DNA from: Candidatus Methanophagaceae archaeon
Lineage (GTDB): Archaea > Halobacteriota > Syntropharchaeia > Alkanophagales > Methanospirareceae
DNA length: 32,000 nt
Reading direction: 5' to 3'
Assembly: GCA_003194425.1 (NCBI GenBank)
Contig: PQXB01000001.1
Span: 70,444 to 102,443 of the forward strand
Position 1 is the stretch's first letter. Each line of letters starts with the position of its first letter. Made by a program: the position numbers and the translations under genes. Positions 8,797 to 16,143 of this stretch are shown here, in pieces. The notes below the pieces were generated by a model, which did not search any database, had not been told where the DNA came from, and worked only from the letters and a program-made list of their open reading frames with translations.

Positions 8797-9411
8797 ATGA
8801 AAAAAATCGTCTTCGTCACCACGAACGAGAACAAGGTGAAAGAGCTGCGAGAGTTGGCGGGTACGAAAATAAACGTTGAGCACCTCAACTACGACTACCC
8901 GGAGTTGCAGCTTGACGAAACCGAGGCAGTGGCGAGAGAGAGTGCGAATTGGGTGCGGGAGAGAGGGGTAGTAAAAGAGCCGTTCTTCTTGGAAGACTCG
9001 GGGCTGTTCGTCCGTGCTTTAAACGGCTTTCCAGGTCCTTTCTCCGCGTTCGTCGCCGAGAAAATAGGGAACGAGGGGATTTTGAAGTTGCTTGCAGGGA
9101 AGGAGGGGGAGGAGAGGAGAGCGACTTTTAAGACCGTCGTCGCGTTCTGCGAGTCTCCTTCTCCAGAAACTGCACCTCTTCTTTTCGTCGGCACTGCGGA
9201 AGGGAAAATTGCGGAGAAGCCGAGAGGGGAAGGAGGGTTTGGCTACGACCCGATTTTTGAGTTCGAGGAAGGAGCGGGAACGAGCAGGACTTTTGCAGAA
9301 ATGAGCCGAGCAGAGAAAAATGCGGTCTCGCACAGGGGCAGGGCGTTCGGGAAATTGCTGGACTACTTGGTCGATGTTGAGCCCAGCAGCCGCACCAAGA
9401 ACCGCACATAA
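8797..9411 (+). CDS. Non-canonical purine NTP pyrophosphatase (Ham1/RdgB/ITPase family)
   Basis: Motifs VFVTTNENKVKE, FLEDSGL, FPGPFSA, GGFGYDPIF and EKNAVSHRG. The last ~16 codons overlap the convergent M20 gene. Confidence 0.85.
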   Translation: MKKIVFVTTNENKVKELRELAGTKINVEHLNYDYPELQLDETEAVARESANWVRERGVVKEPFFLEDSGLFVRALNGFPGPFSAFVAEKIGNEGILKLLAGKEGEERRATFKTVVAFCESPSPETAPLLFVGTAEGKIAEKPRGEGGFGYDPIFEFEEGAGTSRTFAEMSRAEKNAVSHRGRAFGKLLDYLVDVEPSSRTKNRT

Positions 9412-10679
9412 TTCTCCAAATCCTGCAGCCTGACATTCTCGTCCGCCCCGTGAGCGTTGCTCTCCACCGAACTGCCGACGCCGAACGCACAGACCGGCTG
9501 CCCCGTCTTCTGCACGGCGTAGCCGACATCCAAACCACCCTGCACGCCTATTATTTCTTTTTGGACGCCGAAGGAGTTAGACGCCGCAGCCTGCACACGC
9601 TTTACCCAGTCTTCGTCGGGATCAGTAAACATCGGCGGGAATCCGGGCTCGCAACGCAGTTCCAACTCAAGCCCGTGCCTTCTCCTTATGTTTTCTACCG
9701 CCTCCTCAAACTCCTGCACCACCACCTCTACCCGCTCCTCTGGAATGTACCGACGGTCGCCACGCAAGGTGCAACTCGCTGGAATAATATTCTCTTTCAC
9801 TCCCCCACTAACCATCGTAACATTAAAGACCGCGGTCGTGTGCCGCCTGCCCGTCAGCTCGGACATTCGAGGACTACACGCCGCTCTCGACTCCCTGCTC
9901 TCCACCTTCTTTTTCAAGCTCGCTAACTCGCCAATCACGAGCCCCGCTGCTTCTACCGCGTTCACCCCCAAGAACGGAACCGAGCTGTGGCACGACTGCC
10001 CGCACACTTTCAACTCCCAGTTCAGCACCCCGTCGGTCGCCACGCAGACGCCCTCGTTGTCTCCGTCCATGCAGAGCAAAAAATCGCCCTGAAGCAGCCC
10101 CTCGTCCGCGAAGTAGCAGAGCCCCGAGTAAAGCCCCAACTCCTCATCCGTTGTCAACGCGACCCGAATGTTGTACCTGCTCTCCAACCCTCGCTCTTTC
10201 ATTTTGTTTAGGGCAGTCAAAAGCGCTGCAACCGCTCCCTTCGAATCCGCAACGCCTCGCCCGTAGACCCTCCCGTCTTTTACCACTGGCTCAGCGGGGA
10301 ACGGAGGCGTGCTCCAACCCTCTCCTGCGGGAACAACATCCAAGTGCGTGTAAATTACAACCGTCTCTGCCACGCCGAAATCTTTAGTAGCGAGCAGATT
10401 CACCCTCGCACCGCTCAACTCCGCGGTCTTTTGCCGCTCTTTAAAGACTGCCTCTGGCATTTCTACCCGCTCACACTCGAACCCGAAGCCCTCAAAAATC
10501 GGAACAAGCCAGTCCACAATCTCTCCGTAATTCTCACCCGGCGGCACGAAAGTCGGCACCTTTACCAACGCCTTGAGGTAGCCCAAAATCTCCTCCTCTG
10601 CTCCTCTTTCTCTTCCTCTTCCTCCTTCTCTTCCTCCTTCTCTTCCTCCTTCTCTTCCTCTCCTTCTCTCTTCCGTCAT
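9363..10679 (-). CDS. M20-family metallopeptidase (ArgE/DapE/acetylornithine deacetylase-like)
   Basis: Motifs THLDVVP, GRGVADSKG and TTDEELG. ATG at 10679 (MTEE); the track start at 10697 is a TTG. The N-terminus carries GREGGREGGREGGRG from a 12-bp repeat at 10608-10661. Confidence 0.8.
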   Translation of the reverse strand: MTEERRRGREGGREGGREGGRGRERGAEEEILGYLKALVKVPTFVPPGENYGEIVDWLVPIFEGFGFECERVEMPEAVFKERQKTAELSGARVNLLATKDFGVAETVVIYTHLDVVPAGEGWSTPPFPAEPVVKDGRVYGRGVADSKGAVAALLTALNKMKERGLESRYNIRVALTTDEELGLYSGLCYFADEGLLQGDFLLCMDGDNEGVCVATDGVLNWELKVCGQSCHSSVPFLGVNAVEAAGLVIGELASLKKKVESRESRAACSPRMSELTGRRHTTAVFNVTMVSGGVKENIIPASCTLRGDRRYIPEERVEVVVQEFEEAVENIRRRHGLELELRCEPGFPPMFTDPDEDWVKRVQAAASNSFGVQKEIIGVQGGLDVGYAVQKTGQPVCAFGVGSSVESNAHGADENVRLQDLENYVRFLVRLLGSTSTK

Positions 10680-10712
10680 TCTTTTTATAAAAAACAAGAC
10701 TTACAAAAACTT
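10680..10712. promoter_or_regulatory. 33-bp divergent intergenic spacer with TATA-like elements
   Basis: tctttttataaaaaacaagacttacaaaaactt is the whole spacer between ATG 10679 (-) and ATG 10713 (+). tttttataaaaaa is near-palindromic. No Shine-Dalgarno motif fits on either side, so short or leaderless transcripts are implied. Confidence 0.4.
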
Positions 10713-11456
10713 ATGCCAAAGAAATTCAGCTGCGTGGCGGTTGGCTGGGACTACGCCTACGACCTCTGCAGGGACGTGAGAGAGGAAATGCGGAAGGCGG
10801 GGTTCGTGCCTGAGGTCGTGGTTGGAGTAGCGAGGGGGGGGTGGTATTTGGCGCGGGTTCTCTGCGACTTCTTTCTGCTCAAGGATTTGGTCAGCCTGAA
10901 GACCGAGCACTGGGGACTTACTGCGACGGTTACAGGGGCGGCGGAGATGAAATTCGGGCTCGACGACGCAGCGAAGCAGAAAATACGCGGTCGGAGAGTG
11001 CTGGTTGCAGACGACGTGACCGACACCGGAGACAGCGTAAAACTTGTGGTTGAGTATTTGGAATCTCGGGAGGTCGGAGCAGGAGCAAAGGAGGTGAGAA
11101 CCGCGGTTCTGCACCACAAAACCTCCTCCCCGTTTGTTCCCGACTTTTACGGCGAGCTGGTGAAGGACTGGAAGTGGGTGGTTTACCCTTGGAGCGTGCA
11201 CGAGGACTTGATGGATTTGGTGGCGAAGGTGGTTTCAAAATCAACCGAGAGGATGAGTTTGTCGGAAATCCGGGCAGCTCTGAAGCAGGAATTTGACTTT
11301 TACGTGCCGTTCCACTTGTTGCGGGAGGTTCTTGAAAATATGCAGTTTCACGGAAAGATAAAAATAAAAAAGGAAAAGGAGGAAAAGGAGGAGGGGGAAG
11401 GAGAGGGAGGAGCGGGAGGAGGAGGGAGAGGTAAGGAGGTGTGGTTGCTGCGTTAA
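10713..11456 (+). CDS. Purine phosphoribosyltransferase (archaeal hypoxanthine/guanine PRT-like)
   Basis: PRPP-binding loop VLVADDVTDTGDS, VVGVARGGW and WVVYPW. I place the start at ATG 10713 (MPKKF). The 5' part of the track ORF (10344-10712) is antisense to the M20 gene. The tail is GA-rich (EKEEKEEGEGEGGAGGGGRG). Confidence 0.8.
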   Translation: MPKKFSCVAVGWDYAYDLCRDVREEMRKAGFVPEVVVGVARGGWYLARVLCDFFLLKDLVSLKTEHWGLTATVTGAAEMKFGLDDAAKQKIRGRRVLVADDVTDTGDSVKLVVEYLESREVGAGAKEVRTAVLHHKTSSPFVPDFYGELVKDWKWVVYPWSVHEDLMDLVAKVVSKSTERMSLSEIRAALKQEFDFYVPFHLLREVLENMQFHGKIKIKKEKEEKEEGEGEGGAGGGGRGKEVWLLR

Positions 11457-11475
11457 ATTCATCACGCTTTCTGAA

Positions 11476-12756
11476 CTATCCAGACCACTTTACTTCTCGC
11501 CATTCAATCTCGTGTTGACCCAAACTATCCATTATTTTCTGTGGAACGACAGGTGCGACAAGAACCGTCCTAACTTCTTCACGACCAATCTTCTTCTTTA
11601 GGTCTTCTCGGTATTTCAAAAGCTGACCTACCACATCTGAATTTGGCTTAGGATACTTCAACTCCAAAATCATCTCTCTTCCCTCCTTGTCCCTACTCAA
11701 AATATCTATTCTCCCGCTCGGCACTGCGTACTCCTCATCCACAACAATCAGTCCTTCTTCAACAACTCCAATATTTTCTCTGATGTATTTTTGATAATCT
11801 CGCTCTACCCTCTTCTTGCTGTACTCTTCCAACTGTTCCCGCAACCACTCGAGGTCCTTCGTGTACTCCAGCAACCAAAGATGCTCTGGGCTTAGGTTGT
11901 AGCAAAATATATTTTTCGTCTCCACAAAACCTCGCTCTCGTAGTCTTCCCAGGAACTTCCTGCCCTCGCCGATTGGAATTCCCTCTCTTCTCAGAGCCTC
12001 TTCCTCCACGTCTGGAGCGAGCCCACCACCGCGCATTAAAAGATGGACCAGCTTACACTGCCAAAGAAGCACTCTCGGACTGGGGTTAAAAAGAGTAGAG
12101 ATTTTTTCGATTCTCTCTTCTACATCCATTCGCCCGCCTAACTTCTCCACCGCCTCCTTCAGCCTTTTAAAATCTTTATTAGCGACAGAGTGTAATTTAA
12201 CGGTCTCTTTTGCAATCTCTTCCGCCCTCTCTTCCGCGAGTTTGACCGTTCTGCTCTCTCTGCTCTTATTCTCTTCGCTCAAATGTCTCGAAGTAGCCTG
12301 CAATTTACGATCATTTTCCTCCTCAATTTCCTTCCTCATTTTCTCCGGATCCACCCGCTCGACAATCCTCACCAAGTCGTTGATTCTGCTCTCAGTCTTC
12401 TCTTCCACGCGTTTAAGACTCTCATTTGTCGAAGTTGAAAGCACAGAAAAGTCTTCCCTGATCTTCTCCGGCTCCATTCGCTCGACAATCCTCACCAAGT
12501 CGTTGATTCTGCTCTCAGTCTTCTCTTCCACGCGTTTAAGACCCTCATTTGTCGAAGTTGAAAGCACAGAAAAGTCTTCCCTGATCTTCTCCGGCTCCAT
12601 TCGCTCGACATTTCTCATCAAGTCGTTAATCCTGCTCTCGGTTCCCTCGGTCTTCTCTTCCACGCGCTTAAGCTCCCCCCTTAGAAGAAAATAAATTACG
12701 GCGCCGACGCTTACAGAGAGGAAAACAGCGACAGCAGCAACAGCAGCGTCGCTCAT
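11476..12756 (-). CDS. Membrane-anchored coiled-coil protein with C-terminal NucS/DUF91-like PD-(D/E)xK nuclease domain
   Basis: N-terminal hydrophobic helix AAVAAVAVFLSVSVGAVIYFLL followed by basic residues. Then ~2.6 copies of a 41-aa repeat and a charged helical region. A possible wHTH follows (GRKFLGRLRERGFVE). The C-terminus reads SGRIDILSRDKEGREMILELKY...VGQLLKY...VRTVLVA, i.e. D, ExK and QxxxY. The ATG lies 11 bp after the mch stop. GC is lower than in the flanking genes. Confidence 0.75.
   Translation of the reverse strand: MSDAAVAAVAVFLSVSVGAVIYFLLRGELKRVEEKTEGTESRINDLMRNVERMEPEKIREDFSVLSTSTNEGLKRVEEKTESRINDLVRIVERMEPEKIREDFSVLSTSTNESLKRVEEKTESRINDLVRIVERVDPEKMRKEIEEENDRKLQATSRHLSEENKSRESRTVKLAEERAEEIAKETVKLHSVANKDFKRLKEAVEKLGGRMDVEERIEKISTLFNPSPRVLLWQCKLVHLLMRGGGLAPDVEEEALRREGIPIGEGRKFLGRLRERGFVETKNIFCYNLSPEHLWLLEYTKDLEWLREQLEEYSKKRVERDYQKYIRENIGVVEEGLIVVDEEYAVPSGRIDILSRDKEGREMILELKYPKPNSDVVGQLLKYREDLKKKIGREEVRTVLVAPVVPQKIMDSLGQHEIEWREVKWSG
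12340..12672 (-). repeat. 123-bp tandem repeat, ~2.6 copies, inside the nuclease-domain gene
   Basis: Units 12358-12480 and 12481-12603 differ at a single base (aagactctc versus aagaccctc). Diverged partial copies lie at 12340-12357 and 12604-12672. 123 bp equals 41 codons. Confidence 0.95.
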
Positions 12757-12767
12757 TTTACAGTTTC

Positions 12768-13748
12768 TTACACCGTCTCTACCCCGAACGACTCCAGAAG
12801 CACCTCCGGATTTATCCGACCGCTCGTGAATGTCTTCCCGCTGTTCAGCTCGTTCACCGTGATTTCCGCGGGTGCGAACATTCCTGCGTCCACTTTGAAG
12901 AAGTCGAAGCCCGCTTCCTTGAAGGTGGTGTAGAACGGTTTTCCGTAGTCCCTCGAGTTCAGCGACGGCACACTCTTCACGAACTCCTTCAACTCCGCCA
13001 AGCCCTCGTTTCCGTCTCTGTTCCCGTAGTCCACTGCGTAGTACATCCGACCGCAGTAAATGATGCAGTCATTCGTCGAGCCCATACATTTCACATCGTC
13101 GCCAACGACAGGCGAGATTGGAATTATGCCGTGCCCGTGTTTTATCGTGTTAATGTCGAAGTCCAGCGACTCGAGTTTGTGAATCCCTGTCTCGATGCCT
13201 CTCGCGGAAATCTGCACCGACCCGGCAACCGAAGCGGTCGGCACGACAACGATGTAAAGGTCTTCCGGCTCTACACGGCAGTCCGCTGCAATTTTCGCCG
13301 TTACCTCCTCGTCAGGCAGTGCGTCGCTCTCCAGCACCAAGACCGCCTCGTCCGCCTCGTCTGCGTACATTATTTTGTCGTAAAGTTCGCGTGGGTTCAG
13401 CGAAAGCGCCCTCGCAGGTCCCGAGCCCATTCCGAAATATTTCTTCACCTTCACCCGCCAGCCCGCGAACTGCGACGCCATGCACGCGAGTACAGGGTAG
13501 TCGGTGCTAAGTTCCACTGCGGGCACTACCAATTTACCGAGGTCAAAAGTAGTGAGTCTAATGTCCGCAAGGTCTGCCATGCAGATTCTCGCCACGCACA
13601 GCCCTGCCTCAAATCCGCCTTCCTCTTCCACGCCCGCGTCAATTACCGTCGTCCCGTTCTCAAACTCCGAAATCCCGACTTGCAACTCCTCCGAATTGTC
13701 CAGCATCTCCTCAAACACGCCTAATCCATATTCATTCACACTTATCAT
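12768..13748 (-). CDS. mch: Methenyltetrahydromethanopterin cyclohydrolase
   Basis: ISVNEYGL...[11 protein letters not shown]...GGFEAGL...[11 protein letters not shown]...[10 protein letters not shown]...[16 protein letters not shown] read as Mch. ATG at 13748 follows GGAAGGAGAG. The track's 27-codon extension covers a duplicated promoter motif. Confidence 0.9.
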   Translation of the reverse strand: MISVNEYGLGVFEEMLDNSEELQVGISEFENGTTVIDAGVEEEGGFEAGLCVARICMADLADIRLTTFDLGKLVVPAVELSTDYPVLACMASQFAGWRVKVKKYFGMGSGPARALSLNPRELYDKIMYADEADEAVLVLESDALPDEEVTAKIAADCRVEPEDLYIVVVPTASVAGSVQISARGIETGIHKLESLDFDINTIKHGHGIIPISPVVGDDVKCMGSTNDCIIYCGRMYYAVDYGNRDGNEGLAELKEFVKSVPSLNSRDYGKPFYTTFKEAGFDFFKVDAGMFAPAEITVNELNSGKTFTSGRINPEVLLESFGVETV

Positions 13749-13880
13749 TTTTTTCTCTCCTTCCCCTTCAAACACCTTTCTCTTCAAACGCACTACTCCT
13801 TTAAAAACTACTCCTTTAAAAAGATGCAAGACAAATCAAAATTGAATAAAAACTATTTAAATTATTTGGTGTTTGGCGCG
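13749..13880. promoter_or_regulatory. Divergent promoter region between mch and the Cas4-like gene, containing a duplicated TATA-like 15-mer
   Basis: ctactcctttaaaaa occurs twice in tandem (13793-13807 and 13808-13822); on the mch strand it reads tttttaaaggagtag. ctatttaaatta at about 13852-13863 lies ~25 nt upstream of ATG 13881, which suggests a leaderless transcript. Confidence 0.5.
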
Positions 13881-14810
13881 ATGACGCAAGACAAACAAGT
13901 CAGACCAGTCAAGATAAAAGTCTCCGATTTAACGCGATATTTTATCTGTCCTCGCCTGGTTTATTTCAGTGCAAGAGGAGAAGAAGAGGCGGAAAAACCA
14001 AATGCGAATGCAAATGCGAGGGGAAGAAGGAGAGAACGAAGCGTGATTGAGAATATTTTGCTGAAGGAGCTGGCGTTCAGTTTGAAAGACAAAATATGTG
14101 GGGAAGGAGAAGATGACGAAGGTGTGAAAGAGGTAATTCAAGAAGTCGTTGAGAGTGTGGAATGGTTGTACAAGGAGGAACTGCGGGGCGTGAAGAAGGA
14201 TTTTTTAGAGGAGGTGAAGAGGGATTTTGTCTGCGGGGTGGTAGGTAGCTGGGAGGGAAGTAGCTGGGAGAGAAGTAGCTGGGAGGGAAGTAGCTGGGAG
14301 GGAGGTAGCTGGGAAGAGTGGTGGAGGAGGATAAAAAATATAAGAGGCGAGAGCGAGTTGTTGGAGTTGGAGTGTGCTTTTGGCTGCGAGAGGGAGCATT
14401 TGATGGTCTCGGAGAAGCTGGGGCTGAGTGGCAGCGTGGACAAACTGATACGAGCTGGAGAGGAATTCGTGCCGTGTGTTGTGAAGACGGGCAGGTGTCC
14501 AGAGTACGGGGTCTGGCGGGGCGACAGGATGCAGTTGGCGGCGTACGCGATGCTCGTTGAGGAGGAGTTTGAGACGACGGTGAGACGCGGATTCGTGCAG
14601 TACATAAAAGCCGCGGAGTTCAGGGAGTCGCTGGTAAGAAGGAGGGACAGGGCGCTTGCTCTGCAGATTTTGAGACGAGTGAAGCGGGTAAAAGGGAAGA
14701 GGGCAGTTTTCCCCGAGAAAGGGGAGAACGCACCCTGCGAGAACTGCGTCTTTGAGGAGAAGTGCGAGACGAGAAGGACGCTTCTTTCTAAACTTTTACG
14801 AAAAGGTTAA
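13881..14810 (+). CDS. Cas4-like / DUF83 RecB-family nuclease with 4-Cys Fe-S cluster motif (stand-alone, no CRISPR locus)
   Basis: N-terminal Cys in YFICPRLVYF, GSVDKLI, QLAAYAMLVEE (QxxxY) and C-terminal CENCVFEEKC (Cx2Cx5C). The expected ExK position reads VVK (PCVVKTG). I place the start at ATG 13881. It contains SWEGS x5 from a 15-bp repeat. Confidence 0.7.
   Translation: MTQDKQVRPVKIKVSDLTRYFICPRLVYFSARGEEEAEKPNANANARGRRRERSVIENILLKELAFSLKDKICGEGEDDEGVKEVIQEVVESVEWLYKEELRGVKKDFLEEVKRDFVCGVVGSWEGSSWERSSWEGSSWEGGSWEEWWRRIKNIRGESELLELECAFGCEREHLMVSEKLGLSGSVDKLIRAGEEFVPCVVKTGRCPEYGVWRGDRMQLAAYAMLVEEEFETTVRRGFVQYIKAAEFRESLVRRRDRALALQILRRVKRVKGKRAVFPEKGENAPCENCVFEEKCETRRTLLSKLLRKG
14245..14318 (+). 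repeat. 15-bp tandem repeat x5 inside the Cas4-like gene
   Basis: Units gtagctgggagggaa start at 14245, 14260, 14275, 14290 and 14305, with 1-2 substitutions each. They encode SWEGSSWERSSWEGSSWEGGSWEE. Confidence 0.9.
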
Positions 14811-14819
14811 AGATAAAAT

Positions 14820-15374
14820 ATGAACTTAAAGACGCTCGTCTCAGAGCACCAGCAGGCGTTCAAAGAGAAGGTTCTGCGGGCGCTCGCAGCCAAAACCAAG
14901 CACTCAGCGAGCAGTACCGAGCAGGAGCAAGTGGCAGAAAAGTATGGCGAGGTGGTTGAGCGGTACGTTCAGGAAAAATACAAGGGCGTAGAGCAGGCGG
15001 TTTCAAAAATACTGGAATTCAAACGCCCTGTTGTGCTGAGCATAAGACGAGACCCGTGCAGCGAGGAGGTGTGCCGGATTTGCGAGCGAGACCAGCCCAA
15101 GATTGAGGAGCTGCGACGGCTTTACGGCAACAAAATCGGGTTTTATGAGATCTTCGACAGTTCGCCAGAAGCCGCTCTCTACCATATTTTACATCGCGGG
15201 GGAGGCAAGGGCGAAGGCGAGAAACTACTCCCTCTCACCGCAGTCATTCACAACGGAGAAGTTAAAAAATACTGGTCGGGCAGACCTGTGGAAGTAGAGG
15301 AGTACCGGAAATATCTCGACTTACCGGACTGCCAAACCATTTTATCTACTAACAATTTAATGAAAGAGAAATAA
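14820..15374 (+). CDS. Thioredoxin-fold-like protein with an atypical Cys motif and an N-terminal helical extension
   Basis: The C-terminal half follows the Trx beta-alpha-beta pattern: VVLSIRRDPCSEEVCRIC..IGFYEI..LLPLTAVIHNGEV. It has Cx4Cx2C in place of WCxxC. It starts 9 bp after the Cas4-like gene. The function call rests on pattern only. Confidence 0.5.
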   Translation: MNLKTLVSEHQQAFKEKVLRALAAKTKHSASSTEQEQVAEKYGEVVERYVQEKYKGVEQAVSKILEFKRPVVLSIRRDPCSEEVCRICERDQPKIEELRRLYGNKIGFYEIFDSSPEAALYHILHRGGGKGEGEKLLPLTAVIHNGEVKKYWSGRPVEVEEYRKYLDLPDCQTILSTNNLMKEK

Positions 15375-15401
15375 AAATGAAAAATAAAGGAGGCGAAAGA
15401 A

Positions 15402-15554
15402 ATGTGTAGCGTTGGAGGAACCGACTTTGAGTTTGACATTGAGAAGATAGAAGTAGAGCGGTACAAGTGCAGCGACTGCGGGAACAAGTTCGACGCGATG
15501 GGCGAGAAGGTCGTCTGCCCGTCGTGCCTCTCGGAAAATGTCGTGAAAGCGTGA
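15402..15554 (+). CDS. Small zinc-ribbon protein (50 aa), below the ORF-track length cutoff
   Basis: My translation is MCSVGGTDFEFDIEKIEVERYKCSDCGNKFDAMGEKVVCPSCLSENVVKA*. It has CxxC...CxxC. GGAGG at about 15389-15393 lies ~9 nt upstream of the ATG. It fits the same-strand gene series. Confidence 0.6.
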   Translation: MCSVGGTDFEFDIEKIEVERYKCSDCGNKFDAMGEKVVCPSCLSENVVKA

Positions 15555-15600
15555 GTGTGCGTGAGTGAGCGTGAGCGTGCGTGTGCGAGAGGTGCGAGAG
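15551..15600 (+). repeat. Degenerate GTGAGC/GTGCGT hexamer tract between the zinc-ribbon gene and the next ORF
   Basis: gtgagtgtgcgtgagtgagcgtgagcgtgcgtgtgcgagaggtgcgagag. It contains the TGA stop (15552-15554) and five in-frame GTG candidate starts (15565, 15571, 15577, 15583, 15592) for the downstream ORF. Confidence 0.8.
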
Positions 15601-16095
15601 AGAGCGACAGAAATTATTCCGCTGAGCAGCAGCGAGCTGCTGCTGGTGCGTGGAAAGAGCGGAACGTTGGCGGTGGTCAAAGTAGGGCAGCGGAAGCAGA
15701 GGAAGAGGCAGTTCTTCGTGGACACGCCGGAGCGTGAACTCGTGCTGGCGTTGGGACCTGAGGAACTGCTCGTAGCCTCCGGCTTCGGCACTGGCGAACG
15801 GCTGGAGAGAGGGCTGCGGTGCGTGCTCTACTTAATCAGAGAAGCGTGCTCGCCGCTGATTGTGCTGCCGAAGAACCATCCCGCGTCGGCTCGTCTTAAA
15901 ATCGTGCTCTCCGCGGGCAAGCGAATTGTCTTGAGCTGCGAAATTACGCCGGGAACGCACCCAGAGCAGCACTTGCTTTGCGGCACGCTGGAGTTCGAGG
16001 GCGCGGAGATTCTTGGCGTTGAAGGCGGTGTGGTGCTGAAGGGGCTGAGGGGGGCGAGGTGCGAGAAAAGGGGGTTTAAAAAAAGGGGATTTTAA
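15565..16095 (+). CDS. Hypothetical protein (no family recognised)
   Basis: A 176-codon ORF in the same-strand series with no internal Met. The start must be one of several GTGs in the hexamer tract. Its composition is protein-like, whereas the antisense ORFs (15357-15791, 15832-16896) are Ser/Pro/Arg-rich shadows. Confidence 0.5.
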   Translation: MSVSVRVREVRERATEIIPLSSSELLLVRGKSGTLAVVKVGQRKQRKRQFFVDTPERELVLALGPEELLVASGFGTGERLERGLRCVLYLIREACSPLIVLPKNHPASARLKIVLSAGKRIVLSCEITPGTHPEQHLLCGTLEFEGAEILGVEGGVVLKGLRGARCEKRGFKKRGF

Positions 16096-16143
16096 AAGTT
16101 TGAGGTTGTAAAAGTTTAAGCTTAAGTTTAAGAGATAAAATTT

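Noticed and set aside
9363-9411. 49-bp tail-to-tail overlap of the ITPase and M20 peptidase genes as a regulatory antisense feature
   Set aside because: Both C-terminal tails are unconserved-looking extensions. The overlap is most simply explained by late stop codons in GC-rich sequence, and there is no supporting structure.
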